Under the pieces are notes generated by a model. It was not told the origin of the DNA, did not search any database, and was given only the letters and a program-made list of their open reading frames with translations. Both the position numbers and the translations under genes were made by a program. From an uncultured Thermoplasmata archaeon (GTDB lineage Archaea > Thermoplasmatota > Thermoplasmata > Lutacidiplasmatales > UBA184), in the NCBI GenBank assembly GCA_963715645.1, contig OY970259.1:1208545-1272544 (forward strand): a stretch of 64,000 bases of DNA. Reading direction: 5' to 3'. Of the stretch, positions 1 to 11,122 are shown piece by piece; within the stretch, counting starts at the first letter, position 1; every line of letters starts with the position of its first letter.

Positions 1-378
1 CACCTGTCTGAGGAACGGAAGTTCCAAGTCTTGGGCGACTCCCGAATCAGTGTGCTCTGTTCCGAGCGTGAGGGTTTCTCAGCCTCCACGCTTGAGGCCC
101 TCGCGTGCGGATTGCCCGCTATCGTATCACGCCCACGGTCCGACGACGTCTTCGGAGTTTCCGATATCGTTATTTCAGGACACAACGGCCTCTACTACCC
201 TGTTGCGGATGTCGAAGAGCTTGCCGAGCAGATGTACGAGTTGTTGCAAGACACAAGCGAGATTGGACGGATGGGCAACAACGCGATTGAAATCGCAAAG
301 CAGCACGATTGGAGCGATATTGCATCCGCCTTTGAGGCGATTCTCGAACGACAAGCCTGGCAAAAGAGGGCATCTTAG
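1..378 (+). CDS. Glycosyltransferase family 1 (GT4-type), C-terminal part; 5' end lies outside the window
   Basis: ORF 31..378 stays open in frame back to base 1. SEREGFSASTLEALACGLPAIVS...GHNGLYYP is the C-terminal donor-binding motif region of GT1 enzymes. Confidence 0.8.
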   Translation, partial: HLSEERKFQVLGDSRISVLCSEREGFSASTLEALACGLPAIVSRPRSDDVFGVSDIVISGHNGLYYPVADVEELAEQMYELLQDTSEIGRMGNNAIEIAKQHDWSDIASAFEAILERQAWQKRAS

Positions 379-466
379 CATGCTTCGAGTCTCTCCTCGA
401 ATCACGCAATCGTTGTATCACTGTAGCTGCGCGATGGCCCCGGGGTAGCTCGGTACAGGTCACGGG

Positions 467-1389
467 TTGTCTTCTGGTAGGGATACTTTGGCTGCGACAT
501 CGATTTCTATCGTGATTCCCACCTTCAACAGTGCCTCCGCACTCGAGAGGGCGGCTTGTTCTATTGACCTCCAAACCAGCTCCCCTGCGACGGTTGTCAT
601 AGTAGACAACTTGAGTCGGGACAATACTCAGGCAATCGCCCAAGCGCACGGATTCCGTTTGGTGTCTGTGCCAGCCAACCGGGTCGTGGCAAGATTCCTC
701 GGCTTGAAGGAATCCACAGGCTCCCACGTCCTCTTCATGGATAGCGATCAAGTTCTGGAGCCGAGGTGCATCGAGGCCCTCACGGAGGTGATCGGGGTCC
801 ATCCAAATGCAGCACTTGTCTTGAACGAGGAATCGGTTGGGGGTGGTAGGTGGGGTACTCTTCTTCGGCTCGACGATAAAGTGGGATTCCTCCTTAGGAT
901 AGGACTCCCTCGATGCTTTCCCCGAGACGCACTTCTCGATTTCGACTATTCCAAATTCGCTCCGTTCAGGAATGTGCTCGGGGAGGACAGAATCCTGCTC
1001 TCTTGGCTTACCGAGCGAAGTGTTCCGGTCGTGAACGCTCCGGGGGCCAGCATTGGTCACACTGACCCGGAGTTCGGGGAGTTCTTCCGAAAGCAATTCA
1101 GTTATGCGTATTGGGGCTCTCATGGAGCCCTGGCACCGATGTACGCTAATCCATCGTTCCGACTGTCTTTCAGACATTCAAAGAACTGCCGACGCTGCTC
1201 GAGAGTCTGCCCCCAACCGACATTCTCGCCTACTTCTCGTTTCTCCTCGTCCGTGCGTGGTTCTATAGTCTCGGGACGGCGTGGGGCAGACTGCGACCAA
1301 GAGACGCTTGGAAGTTCGATCAACTGGGGAGGTTGGCGGACTCGCGTCGAACCCGGAACGAACCACAAGGCCTGAACAAGGACCGTTGA
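467..1389 (+). CDS. Glycosyltransferase family 2 (one frame switch near 1155)
   Basis: ISIVIPTFNSASALERAACSI, VVIVDNLSRDNT and FMDSDQ are GT-A/GT2 signatures. After about 1155 the track frame turns Cys/Arg/Ser-rich. The neighbouring frame reads FKELPTLLESLPPTDILAYFSFLLVRAWFYSLG to a TGA at 1387-1389. Confidence 0.75.
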
Positions 1390-1461
1390 GCTTGTTCGAT
1401 AATCGACTGGATCGCTGAGGCACTCCCTGTTCGGTTTTGAACTGCGATGGCATAGCGGGGG

Positions 1462-2304
1462 ATGACTGCCATGGGTTTCGATGATTCGTTCTGGGAAGCC
1501 CACCAACACATCTCGGCTGCGAGCCGCCGGGGTGCCAAGCCGGATCGTTATGACTCGCTGATTCAGAGGAGTGTGGCGCATTTCAAGCCGAATCGAATCC
1601 TAGAAATCGGCTGTGGAGACGTGGATTTTGGCGAGCGAATCTCTAGCCTTCCGCTTCACTACGTAGGCATTGACAGCAGTTCCGATGGACTGCGACGTGG
1701 CCGAAGGCGAGCCCTTCCCAAATGTGCAGAGCTGGTTAGGGCAAATGGAATCAGACTCCCCTTCCGCGATTCGGCCTTCGACGTGGTTGTGATGATTGCA
1801 GCGCTCCACCACACAGGGTGGGACGTGCTCCCAGAAGCTAGGACAGTTCTTCGGAAAGGTGGGTTATTGATTCTGAATGACCACGCAGTCTCTGATAGCT
1901 GCTTGGCGGTAGCGGTCTACCGCCTAGCCCATCTAATGCCACCCGGCTTCCGACGGAGAGGCAGTCTGAAGTCTCTGTACCTGGATGGTGTCCTCCCCAC
2001 CACACTGGAGTTCAGAAAGGAAGAACTCGTGAGTCACCTTCACGCGAGCGGCCTCGTCCCCATTCGATGGTCCTTTGCCACCACCGGGCCAACATTTGTG
2101 TTACAGTCGGCGCTTCACTCCCTGACCGCAGTCTTCCCAGCTTTGATTGGGGCGACCCAACCGACGTTTGATATTCTCGACTCGATCGACATTCGCGTTC
2201 TGAACAAGACTCGACAGCGAGGGGCCATTGATTTTGTAGTAGTCGCGGCTGAGGCCAGCACTCGAACCGGGCAACTTGGTCCATCAGGTCAACCCTCGCC
2301 TTAG
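1462..2304 (+). CDS. Class I SAM-dependent methyltransferase
   Basis: ILEIGCGDVDFG (motif I), VGIDSS and FDVVVMIAALHH...LRKGGLLIL follow the Rossmann methyltransferase motif order. Confidence 0.75.
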   Translation: MTAMGFDDSFWEAHQHISAASRRGAKPDRYDSLIQRSVAHFKPNRILEIGCGDVDFGERISSLPLHYVGIDSSSDGLRRGRRRALPKCAELVRANGIRLPFRDSAFDVVVMIAALHHTGWDVLPEARTVLRKGGLLILNDHAVSDSCLAVAVYRLAHLMPPGFRRRGSLKSLYLDGVLPTTLEFRKEELVSHLHASGLVPIRWSFATTGPTFVLQSALHSLTAVFPALIGATQPTFDILDSIDIRVLNKTRQRGAIDFVVVAAEASTRTGQLGPSGQPSP

Positions 2305-3189
2305 TGCGCCGCACCGGCCAGAGCCACCAAGCCAGACGCAGGGAACGCGATTCACCTCGGACGAGAAGTTATGAAACGCGTGGTTGCAGTTTATGTCGTC
2401 GGACAACAACAGACCATTCGATGAGATGTGGGGCCAGGCTGTTCTGTACTCCCACAGCATGTTGGAAGCGGAGTGTTCTGAATCGTGGAAGAAGACATCA
2501 ATCTCACCTTCTCTCTCGAGGAGGTTCTTCAGCGCCGGATTCGAGCTCCCACGGATCAGTTCCCATCCGGAACGTAAGCCCACAGGGACGACAAAGCCCA
2601 GCTCCGATTCGCTCCGGAGATACACGGAGTCAATTGTGCCGTCGCTTGCCACATAACCTGATGGATTGGTGTTCGGGCGATCAATCGAAATGAGCCTGCC
2701 GCCACCCCCATCCTTCAGCGCCTGCAGGATGTAGGCCGAGGTGAATCCAAGGGCAACCCCCGTTTCAACGACCGTCTTTGGCCGAGCAGATCGAACTAGC
2801 AGATAGAGGACCTCGTTGTAGACCCCTATGCTGCCTCCGACTGAGTGCTTGCTCCAGTCAGCTCTGTCTAGGGACTTCCACCGCGCCCTGATTTGAGTAG
2901 GCAGCCCGCTGTCCTCGAGTAACTGCCGCAACCATTCATCAATCGTCGAACGGTCTTCGTGTGCGAAGGAGGAGATTTGATCCCAGACGGCTAGAAGACC
3001 TACCAGCTGCCTGGCCGCGGATATCGGGTGGGTAGCAACTGTCCTCAATGCAATCTGTGGGATCCGATCCCGCACGCGCATGATGATCCTTGTCTGCCAG
3101 GGGCTGATGCGTCTAGCCACCTCGGACAAGAAACGGTTGCGGACGCCAGCTCTGATCTGCAAAGAGTCGCCAGACGAGTCGCCGAACAA
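2284..3189 (-). CDS. Class I SAM-dependent methyltransferase (O-methyltransferase-like)
   Basis: VVETGVALGFTSAYILQAL...GRLISIDRP...IDVFFHDSEHS...LSNGLLLSDD matches the motif pattern of small cofactor-binding methyltransferases. Confidence 0.65.
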   Translation of the reverse strand: MFGDSSGDSLQIRAGVRNRFLSEVARRISPWQTRIIMRVRDRIPQIALRTVATHPISAARQLVGLLAVWDQISSFAHEDRSTIDEWLRQLLEDSGLPTQIRARWKSLDRADWSKHSVGGSIGVYNEVLYLLVRSARPKTVVETGVALGFTSAYILQALKDGGGGRLISIDRPNTNPSGYVASDGTIDSVYLRSESELGFVVPVGLRSGWELIRGSSNPALKNLLEREGEIDVFFHDSEHSASNMLWEYRTAWPHISSNGLLLSDDINCNHAFHNFSSEVNRVPCVWLGGSGRCGALRRGLT

Positions 3190-3397
3190 TGGGTTCGGGC
3201 AGGGCCAATTTGGCCGTTGCCAGTGAAACGTAGCCCAAGGAGTTCAAGATAGGTCCGCTGTCGAGATGCCGCAGGAGCGTTGAAGATCGGGAAGCCAAGA
3301 GGCTGGAGGATGCTTCGGGGTTGCAGAGTTCCCTCTTTAGAAGGGCTGCGTCGACTGCCCAACTGAGATACTTGCCGATGGACCGGGGTAGACGGGG

Positions 3398-4324
3398 TTA
3401 TAGGCGACGCCGGAGCAATTCGTAGTCGCTCACTGATCGAGCGATGAAATCCTGAATTTGCAGCTGCCAAGCACCAAGGTCGGCGGAGACACCGCCCGAC
3501 GAATTACGGTCATGCAGTCTGTATCCGGTCAATGCGAAGCGGTCGGTAATGAATGCACCTCCACGGCTGAGCGCGACAAAGAAAAGGGCTGAGTCCAAGG
3601 CAATGTTAAGGTGCGTCAAGATATATGGATCCGCGTCGCAGACTGTTCGACTGACGACGATCGCACTGGAATTCCGGTCAATCCCCTCACTCGATGCGCG
3701 ATGGATCACCCGAGCTGGGTCGAAATCTATCGAGACTTGAGTTCTTGGCGGAGGTCCAGGCGACACCGCTCGACCGGGTGGCTCGAGCGGGATTGATCCC
3801 CTCGGAATCGCGCGTCGTTGGTTATGATAGTATGCGAAGCCGGGGAAATCGGAAATCAGGTTGGCCAAACGGTTAATCTTCCCCGGCAGGAAGAGGTCAT
3901 CGTCATCGAGAAAGGCAATGAATTCTCCACGGGCGAGGTCGAGTCCGGCAGCGACGCGCGGGCCGGTCCTCGGTCCCTCGACCGTCGAGTGAAGGACACC
4001 CTGCGAATCGAGAAGCTGCTCCAGGCTCGAGCTATGGAACCCCTTCACAACAATGACTTCGAATCCCAATCGAGAGTGTGATTGAGCCAGCACCGAGCGC
4101 ACGGCGTCTATGACGTAATCTCGGCGCTCATGACACAGCGTGACGACAGATATCATGGGCTTCGCTGAGTTCGCTGGAGTCGGGAGGCGAACCGTAGCAA
4201 GGGGCTCGCCGAGCGGGTCTACTGTCGGCGGACCCGTGATTCGTGGACCGGCACTCATGCTATCGTCGGGCGCCCACCGAGGCGGCCGGTTCGGGACAAT
4301 CTCCGTATGGTAAGACCGTAGCAC
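3398..4324 (-). CDS. Glycosyltransferase family 2
   Basis: MISVVTLCHERRDYVIDAVRSVLAQS...FEVIVV...FIAFLDDDDLF is a GT2 N-terminal fold with a DxD motif. The true start may be the internal Met before ISVVTL. Confidence 0.75.
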   Translation of the reverse strand: MLRSYHTEIVPNRPPRWAPDDSMSAGPRITGPPTVDPLGEPLATVRLPTPANSAKPMISVVTLCHERRDYVIDAVRSVLAQSHSRLGFEVIVVKGFHSSSLEQLLDSQGVLHSTVEGPRTGPRVAAGLDLARGEFIAFLDDDDLFLPGKINRLANLISDFPGFAYYHNQRRAIPRGSIPLEPPGRAVSPGPPPRTQVSIDFDPARVIHRASSEGIDRNSSAIVVSRTVCDADPYILTHLNIALDSALFFVALSRGGAFITDRFALTGYRLHDRNSSGGVSADLGAWQLQIQDFIARSVSDYELLRRRL

Positions 4325-4450
4325 CGCCGTCGTCCGTCTCCTTTTGCCGCCCGTCCCTCTCGCAGTAGGCGACCCCCGATCTCATTAACGGGACTCGGGT
4401 AAAGGCGAGCGATTGGGCCTGATCACACTTTCTCCGAAGCGGCTGAATCA

Positions 4451-6477
4451 TCACGAGATGGCCGAGATCTGGTCGACTGCTAGTCCCTGGAATGAAATCT
4501 GACCGGTCCAATAGGCATTAACCCCGCGGAACTCCACGTAGCCATAGGTACTGTTGACGGGGACCATGAACGAGAACTGTGTCCACACTCCCCGACCCGA
4601 GAAGGCCGAACCGTTGAGTGTATCATGCCAAACCACGACTCCTCCGGAGTTCGCCGAAACCTGAAGATCGATGCGGTTTGTTGGAGACAAGGATGTGGTC
4701 CGTAAGTGGAAGGTTAACCTATAAAGGCCCGGTGCGAGCGCCGTACTTGGACCGAACCACACCGTAGCTCCCGAAACATTGTCGCCCGAGACATGGTCAC
4801 CCTGGACAGGAAGGGCCGTGGAACCGTTCCAGAATTCATTGGCCGGGAAAGTACGTGCTCAGTGGAACGAGTAAGGCTGGGGTGCCCGTGTAGTTCCTTT
4901 CATAGACGGCCATGCCCGATGCCTCCGCCACCAGACCGAATGAGCCGCTCCTATACAAGTCAGTCAGCAAAGTGTACATGCTGGGGTGGTCTGGGTAGTC
5001 GAAGTAAAACCAAAATGAGAAGGGATCATCGATAATGTAGTTAATCGGGGGTCGTGCCCATTCGCCGCTCGGTGTAAGAATTGACAAGTTCGTCCTGATT
5101 GTAGAGCCCGCAATCAGTGGCGTATTGTCGTAATCGAAGTGACGGACCATCAAGGCGGGCATATTGTTCTGGAACAACACGAAAGGGTCGTCTGGGGGAA
5201 TGAGCGACATTAACGTTTGAAGTGAGTCGGTACCGTGTTAGATTCACATCTGTAGCCGGACCCAGTTGAAAGTCGACAGCACTCCCGGGATTCAGTGGGC
5301 CATACGGCTCGAAAACACATGCTAGTGCGACCATATTTACTATCACTATCAAAGTGAGAATGGTACGTGACCGAGGAGTTCTAATCCAGGTTCGGGCCGC
5401 ACGATACGAAACTCCGGCGGATTTTGCGGACGAATGGTCGCTCCACCCCGACAAAACATCCACTGTTCCGAGATAGAGGAACGGTACAAACAGCACAGCG
5501 TATTGCAGTGTGAACGCGGAGGGATAGACGTAGAGTCCGTTGTTCACAAAGAGATCAAGAGCAATGAAAGGGAGAAGACAAGGCACCCATCGCTTGGAGA
5601 ACAGGGGAAGCGCCATAAATGGCGCAAAGAGAAGTCCGATTGTAAGCAGCTTATTTTCGAAGTCATAGAAGAGCGACGGACTGCTTGATGAATGTATACT
5701 GCCCACGGCGTTCGCCTGGCCGATGACTATGTAGCTTAGAATTAGGGTCGCAACGCATACGAGTGTAAATGCGATCGCGAACGCGGCCCGAGGGGGGATG
5801 ACACGAAAACGCGAACGAAGGAGTCCGGGTAACTCCTCTATGCCGATGATAACGGAGAAGATGGCTGGAAGTATGAGGTATGGAAACCTCACTCCGCCCG
5901 CCAGAAACAAGAGTCCTCCAGCCAAAGCGTACCTTTCTCTCAGAAAGGCGTAGTACCCGAGAAAAAGGAAGAGCATCATCAACGTCTCATAGTGGAAGTC
6001 GAACCAGTTCATCCCAGCAAGCGGGAAGTAGAAGAGATATGACAGGGCGATAGGGAGGGCGATCCCAATCGGGAGCCTATGGTATCGTCCGATGGCATAG
6101 AGTGGCACGACCGCGGCCCCTATAGCAAACGCTTGGAGTGTTAGCAAGAGTGAGAAACTCTGAGGGAGGCTGAGAGGCGAAAATACAATTGCCGTTGGCT
6201 GGCCTAGGAATAGATAGAACCACGCCCGGAAGTCCCCTCCTTCATGGAATGCGAGCCATCCGATCTGCAATCCGGATCCAAGGTCAAAGTTGGTAGCCGT
6301 AAGCGCGTAGACCTTGGAGGTCGTGAGTTCAGACCAATAAACCGTGTAGCTGATTACGGCTATAGCGAGGATTGCTAGGTCGATTCGCTTGCGGAACTGG
6401 GTAACCGCCCGCCGGATTGAAATCATCACATCAGTTGCTTGCCCCCAATCCTCACCCACCACGAGGTGGACGTCCAT
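4451..6477 (-). CDS. DUF2079-like polytopic membrane protein with extracytoplasmic C-terminal domain (three fragments, frame switches near 5210 and 4838)
   Basis: 5041..6477 encodes about 10 hydrophobic helices, with NFDLGSGLQIGW resembling the DUF2079 FDLG motif. The protein continues as SLIPPDDPFVLFQNNMPALMVRHFDY (4836..5210), then YFPANEFWNGSTALPVQG...VWFGPSTALAPGLYRLTF (4451..4762 frame). Confidence 0.55.
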
Positions 6478-7822
6478 GAAGCATCAGGGTCTCCCCAGTA
6501 TAGCTCACACCTGGAGGCGAAGATTGTTCATCGTCTGGGGGTCTGAATTTTGCAGACAGGTCTTGGAGGATAGACCACTCCGCTGAAGCCGCTCTCTCCC
6601 ACGAATACGGGGCAACCGTTTGACGCCCTGCCTCGCCGAGTCTCCGCTGTTCCTGAGGGTTCGAAAGGAGGCGCTCTACCGCGTCCGCGAAACTACTGAC
6701 ACTTCCCAGCGGTACTGCTGTGATGCCTTCTGAATAGACATGACGAAGTTCGGGGAGATCCCAGGCTACCACAGGTGTGCCTAAGGCTAGGCTCTCCATT
6801 ATCGCGATTGACCAACCCTCTGCCAGGCTCGTGGTCGTGAAGACTGAACTCTCCACAATTAGCCGTAGGACATCCTTCCTGGCAAGTACCCCCTTTACGC
6901 TCACGACCCCGTCGAGCCCTCTCTCTGCGATCTCTTTGCGAAGGTCACCCCGTGACATCGTGTCCGCCGCCCCAACCAAGGTGAACTGTGTTTGTGGCAT
7001 CCGTTGGCTAAGTACTTGCCAGACGCCAAGAAGGTCGGACAGACCCTTCTGAGACGACATTCTTCCAACGTATATCACCGAATTTGGCCGATGGGTGAGT
7101 TGAGCAGCCCCCGCGGCGGCGATTTCCTGGATGTCGAGTCCATTCAACCCGGACAAGATGGGCTGCGAATCCCTCCTGAACCGGCTCAGGGATTTGTGGG
7201 CTTCGCCGCTGATAGCGATGATAGTGTCCGCCAAGCCTCCTGTCAGAATCACTACCAAACCTTCGAATAGAGCTGCAAAGACCTCGGCGGCATTGTGTCG
7301 GGCCAACCCCTTGCGACCTTGGACAGTGTGGTGAACGACGGCAACCCACCTAGTCGAGGGACAAATCAGCCTCGCCATCGCAGAAGCGATTACATCTGAT
7401 GGCAGGGTTGAACTCGAATAAAGTATTGTGATTCCCGTGGGCGATCTATTTCGAACGATCCATACCGCAGCCAACAGCCCTCGGAGCACTTGGACGATCA
7501 ATGCGAGGGGTCGCCACTTCGGAAACTCACGAAACGTCGAGTCAACACTGACAAGATGCAGCGGTGTGCCGAGTCCTGCGGTGAGGTCCAAGAGACCCAC
7601 TGAGGAAGAAACGAGATATATCTCTCCTGAATCCATTGGGGCGCGCGCGAGCATTTCGTGCAGCCGGTAGTCCCCGCCGGCTGTAAGTGGTGAGGCTATC
7701 CTCGAGCCTCTTGGCCGGAAGAAGGCGGTCGCAAGAATGATGATTCTTCCAGGGCCACGGCAGGAGTTGGAGCTAGAGGCCTCGACCTCTAATCCCTGCT
7801 TCGTCTTCCGTCCATCGCCCAT
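6452..7822 (-). CDS. Glycosyltransferase family 1 (GT4-type)
   Basis: VIYVGRMSSQKGLSDLL...FTLVGA...VFTTTSLAEGWSIAIMESLALGTPVVAWD is the classic GT1 C-terminal motif set. Confidence 0.8.
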   Translation of the reverse strand: MGDGRKTKQGLEVEASSSNSCRGPGRIIILATAFFRPRGSRIASPLTAGGDYRLHEMLARAPMDSGEIYLVSSSVGLLDLTAGLGTPLHLVSVDSTFREFPKWRPLALIVQVLRGLLAAVWIVRNRSPTGITILYSSSTLPSDVIASAMARLICPSTRWVAVVHHTVQGRKGLARHNAAEVFAALFEGLVVILTGGLADTIIAISGEAHKSLSRFRRDSQPILSGLNGLDIQEIAAAGAAQLTHRPNSVIYVGRMSSQKGLSDLLGVWQVLSQRMPQTQFTLVGAADTMSRGDLRKEIAERGLDGVVSVKGVLARKDVLRLIVESSVFTTTSLAEGWSIAIMESLALGTPVVAWDLPELRHVYSEGITAVPLGSVSSFADAVERLLSNPQEQRRLGEAGRQTVAPYSWERAASAEWSILQDLSAKFRPPDDEQSSPPGVSYTGETLMLHGRPPRGG

Positions 7823-8161
7823 CGAGATGTGGGGAAAAGGTCTGAGGTATTAATCGGGCCGGCGGGGTTCTCGGTTTCGAATGGATCGCGTCCCTAGACA
7901 TAATGCCATTCTGCAGAGCTGCACCACGGCCGAATCCCCAGAGAAGACGACGGACTCAGACCCTCTGCTTCTCCCGTTGCGCTTGCGAAGTTCGGGAACC
8001 TACTCTCTCGACGACTACATTCAGTCCGCTCAGTTCCACCGGTCGTCGACCCGAGCCTACGGAGGATTGTTGCGTATCATTTCTCGAGCTCGTGCGGGGC
8101 TTATCAGCGTGATCCTGCTGGACCCAAATTCCCACGGTCGCTCAAGAAGAGTCAGGATCGT

Positions 8162-8942
8162 TCACGAGCCGGGAACGACATACTCAAAATCCTTCCTGCA
8201 GTAGATATAAACCTGGCTTCGAGTTGTCAAGGTTGCGTACTGATCATACGGAAGCAGCCAACCCTCTCCGGTCTCATTGAACTCACGGATTGCTCTTAGT
8301 TCACCGTAGTCTGGGTGCCCGTGAAACGCCCAAATGTCATCGAAATAGAAAACTGTCCCAGAGTGAAGTAGCGGCCTAAGCCAATTGAGAACTACTCGCG
8401 TCGATGAGTAGTAGTCAACGTCTATTGTAACGATAGATGGTGGGCTTTGAGCCAGCTCGGACCGAAGCGCCGGAGTCAGAGCAGTGTCGAATCTCCCTCC
8501 AACAAGATGGAGGTTGTCCGGGCGATAACCTCTGCAAAGTCTCTTAATCTTCGCGTGAACGTCTTCCATCGCGGCGGAGAAATCGCCCTCATGCCACAAC
8601 GGATTGACATCGGTACTTTTCGGACGACGCGGGCAAACCGGTGAAGGTATCGAATCCGTAAGCGTGGTAATCAGCGAGATTCTTTCCAAAATCTTTGCAA
8701 AACGCCCCAAGCGCGCTATAGTACCGGCTGAGAACATCTCCGAGTCCCACCCCAAACTCGTAGTATGAGTTGCCCGTTCCCCATTTGAACCCCAAGAAGT
8801 AGTCCTGTCGTCTGAGTAGAAAGTAAAAGAGTGAACGAAGGCGGTCCAGTTCGAGTACTCTCTTCGCCTGCTCGAGGCCGAATCTTATCCCGGATCCTCG
8901 ATTCCGTCTCGGCGCAAGCTGCTTTAGATCTGACACTCTCAT
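8162..8942 (-). CDS. TylF/macrocin-O-methyltransferase-family SAM methyltransferase (frame switch near 8630)
   Basis: N-terminal part (8589..8942) reads YEFGVGLGD...AYGFDTFTGLP. C-terminal part (8162..8755) reads HLVGGRFDTAL...IVTIDVDYYSSTRVVLNWLRPLLHSGTVFYFDDIW. Both match the TylF-type DxDxYxST...DDY pattern. Confidence 0.6.
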
Positions 8943-9235
8943 GGAAACCGATTAGTCCGTCCATGCTGAGATGCCATTAGGTCTTGCGCCGGGCCCCAAC
9001 CCCCGATGCCGCAGAAGTGTCAGGTTTGTGTGTGGCACCGATGACAAGCCCTCCACTAACCCGCTTGTTGGGCAGAGCCCTCTCGAATCCATGACTGTCG
9101 AAAACGTGTCCATCGCCCTGCCTACTCGCCAATACAACCAAGGGAAGCCATTCTGTTTACGACACGGCGAACGCAGTCATGAGGCCTGCCTTGGCTGTCC
9201 TCCGCCCGACACCTCACCTAAGCCAATGGATTCGC

Positions 9236-10019
9236 TCAGTTTCCCCCGAACTCGTTCAAGAACCATCGGACGAGCTTGGGGGGGACCCGCTTGCCTACGG
9301 GGGAGTTCATCACCCGCACCCCCAAGAGCGAGACGAACATGACGGGGATTGCGCGGCCCACCGGCATGCGGCTACCGCGGTCGTGCGTCCACTGGACCGG
9401 CACCTCCCGGACGGTGTGGCCGTCCTTGCGGATGTGGTAGAGGAAGTCGACGTCGAACGCTCGGTTCGTCAGCGTCACGGTCTTGAGCACCGGGCGCACG
9501 ACCGAGCGGCGGAAGAACTTCGCCCCGCACTGGGTATCCCGGAGCGGCAGGAACAAGAGCGAGCGGGTGAGCAGGTTCCAGGCCCGTCCGGCGAACCGGT
9601 TGAACAGCGGCTCCCCGTCGGCGCCCGAGGCCCCCCGGATCCATCGGGAGGCGACCACGCAGTCGACGTCCCGCAGGCCTCCGACCAGGTCGTACATCTG
9701 CTCGGGGGAGATTGGTCCGTCCGCGTCGACGTACCCGAGGGTACTCGTGCCGCGCCTCCCGGAGGCCCGCGAGGATCGCACCCCCCTTGCCCAGCTTCGT
9801 CGGGAACTGTAGGACGCGGACGTGCCGGTGCGCGTACTTCGCCGCGACCTCCGCGGTGCGGTCCTGCACGCCGTCCACGACCACGATGACCTCGAACGGG
9901 TCCCCGCGCGCCTCGAGCGACGGCAGGTAGCGCTCCAACGTCCGAGCGAGCCGGTCCTCCTCATTCCACGCGGGAATGACGATGCTCACCCCTGGGACGG
10001 TCGCGTCCGAGGTCGTCAC
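9236..10019 (-). CDS. GT2 dolichyl-phosphate-sugar synthase-like glycosyltransferase (frame switch near 9750)
   Basis: VSIVIPAWNEEDRLARTLERYL...FEVIVVVDGVQDRT...FPTKLGKGGAILAGL (9372..10019 frame) continues as GYVDADGPISPEQM...FLPLRDTQCGAKFF...FDVDFLY (9236..9964 frame). Confidence 0.75.
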
Positions 10020-10156
10020 TGCATGTATTCACGTTTCTCACCCTATATCCACCTTCGCTGGATACGAGACACCTTCCAGGCGGGAAGTATAACCCGGGCC
10101 ATCGCTCAGCGACCACCGGCCAGGGCACCACCATGCCTCCCACGACCCGAGCCGAT

Positions 10157-10345
10157 CCGTGGTCCGCCGGGACGACGTCGTCAGGCGCTCGGTACGAGGC
10201 CAAGGGCAAGCGAGGCGGCCCGCCGGAAACGGTCCGTGGGGCCACCGCTGACCTCCCTTGCAGGAGGCACCTCGCCCTACACGCGAGCCGCCTTCTTCAC
10301 CCGGAATCAACGCGGGCCGCGAGCGCCTTCGCCGAGGAGGGAGGG
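10157..10345 (+). pseudogene. Decayed 5' remnant of a tyrosine-recombinase gene related to 12277..13311
   Basis: 10157-10215 (CCGTGGTCCGCCGGGACGACGTCGTCAGGCGCTCGGTACGAGGCCAAG...) is near-identical to 12267-12325. Downstream YEAKGKRGGPPETVRG parallels YAAKRERGCLPDTIRR of the intact integrase, but frames are broken. Confidence 0.6.
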
Positions 10346-10346
10346 A

Positions 10347-10740
10347 CTAGGGCCGGGCCTTCCCGAACTCGCGATCCTGGGTGACGATACACTCTGCGCG
10401 ACGGACCAGGACGGAGGCGACGATCAACGCATCCGGCAAACGGAGCGAAGTTTTCGACCGGACGACCGCGGCGACGCTCGAGACCTCGAGGTCGACCCGC
10501 ACGATCACCAGGCGGTTCGAGCCGCGAAGGCTAGTCCAGGAACGCCTCCCGCCCTTCCGAATCGCCCTCGGTGGAGTAGCCGGCGCACACCTCGGCTACG
10601 GTGACGGTCGAAACGAGCCGCTGGATTCGACGGTGATGGGCAAGGTCGAGGATTCGACCGCAGTCAGCGTGCTCGAGCTCGCTGGGGCTCTTGGCGCCGA
10701 TGAACACGCTCGAGTCGATGACGGCGAGGGGTCCACTCAT
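10347..10740 (-). CDS. vapC: PIN-domain toxin VapC (frame switch near 10535)
   Basis: [16 protein letters not shown]... (10531..10740) continues in the next frame as [16 protein letters not shown]...[27 protein letters not shown]. These are PIN acidic-residue motifs. Confidence 0.75.
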
Positions 10741-10963
10741 CCCGGAGCCTCCGCTGGAACGGGATCGCCCGGATCGTCCACCGCTTCTGGCGCTGGAACA
10801 AGGCCGGGAGGCTCTCCCGGGGCGCCCTCCGAATGAAGGCGCGGTCGCCCTCGACGTCGAACACGAGGCGATCTCCCTCGGTCACACCGAGGGCGTCCCG
10901 CACCCGCTTCGGCACCGTAACCTGACCCTTGGAGGTAACCGTTCCGATTCCAGCTTCCCCCAT
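10737..10963 (-). CDS. vapB: AbrB/SpoVT-type antitoxin VapB (frame switch near 10805)
   Basis: [29 protein letters not shown] is an AbrB swapped-hairpin motif. An acidic tail (...[19 protein letters not shown]) in the neighbouring frame ends in a TGA that overlaps the vapC ATG. Confidence 0.7.
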
Positions 10964-11012
10964 TGCACAGCGGTAAGGAGATTCCTTCCATTAGGCATTA
11001 CTGCGACCGGGG

Positions 11013-11085
11013 GCTTTGAATCTCATCTCCGCGGAGGGCCGCCCTGAATCGAAACTCAGCTGCCTGAATCAGAACCCATTCGGCC
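11013..11085. repeat. Degenerate copy of the 95-nt element at 11990-12084 (5' arm and core conserved, 3' arm lost)
   Basis: GCTTTGAATCT... and the perfect 14-mer GAATCGAAACTCAG are shared with 11990-12084. By eye about three quarters of the first ~66 nt are identical. Confidence 0.6.
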
Positions 11086-11122
11086 GAAGGTCCATGCTGG
11101 GAGGCGAGTCCCGCGCGACCGA

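Noticed and set aside
7881-8204. 107-aa plus-strand ORF in the gap between the GT1 gene and the TylF-like gene; also 8952..9137 and 8971..9342 in the gap at the G+C boundary
   Set aside because: No motifs, odd composition, and overlap with probable promoter regions of flanking minus-strand genes. The evidence is insufficient to call them genes.
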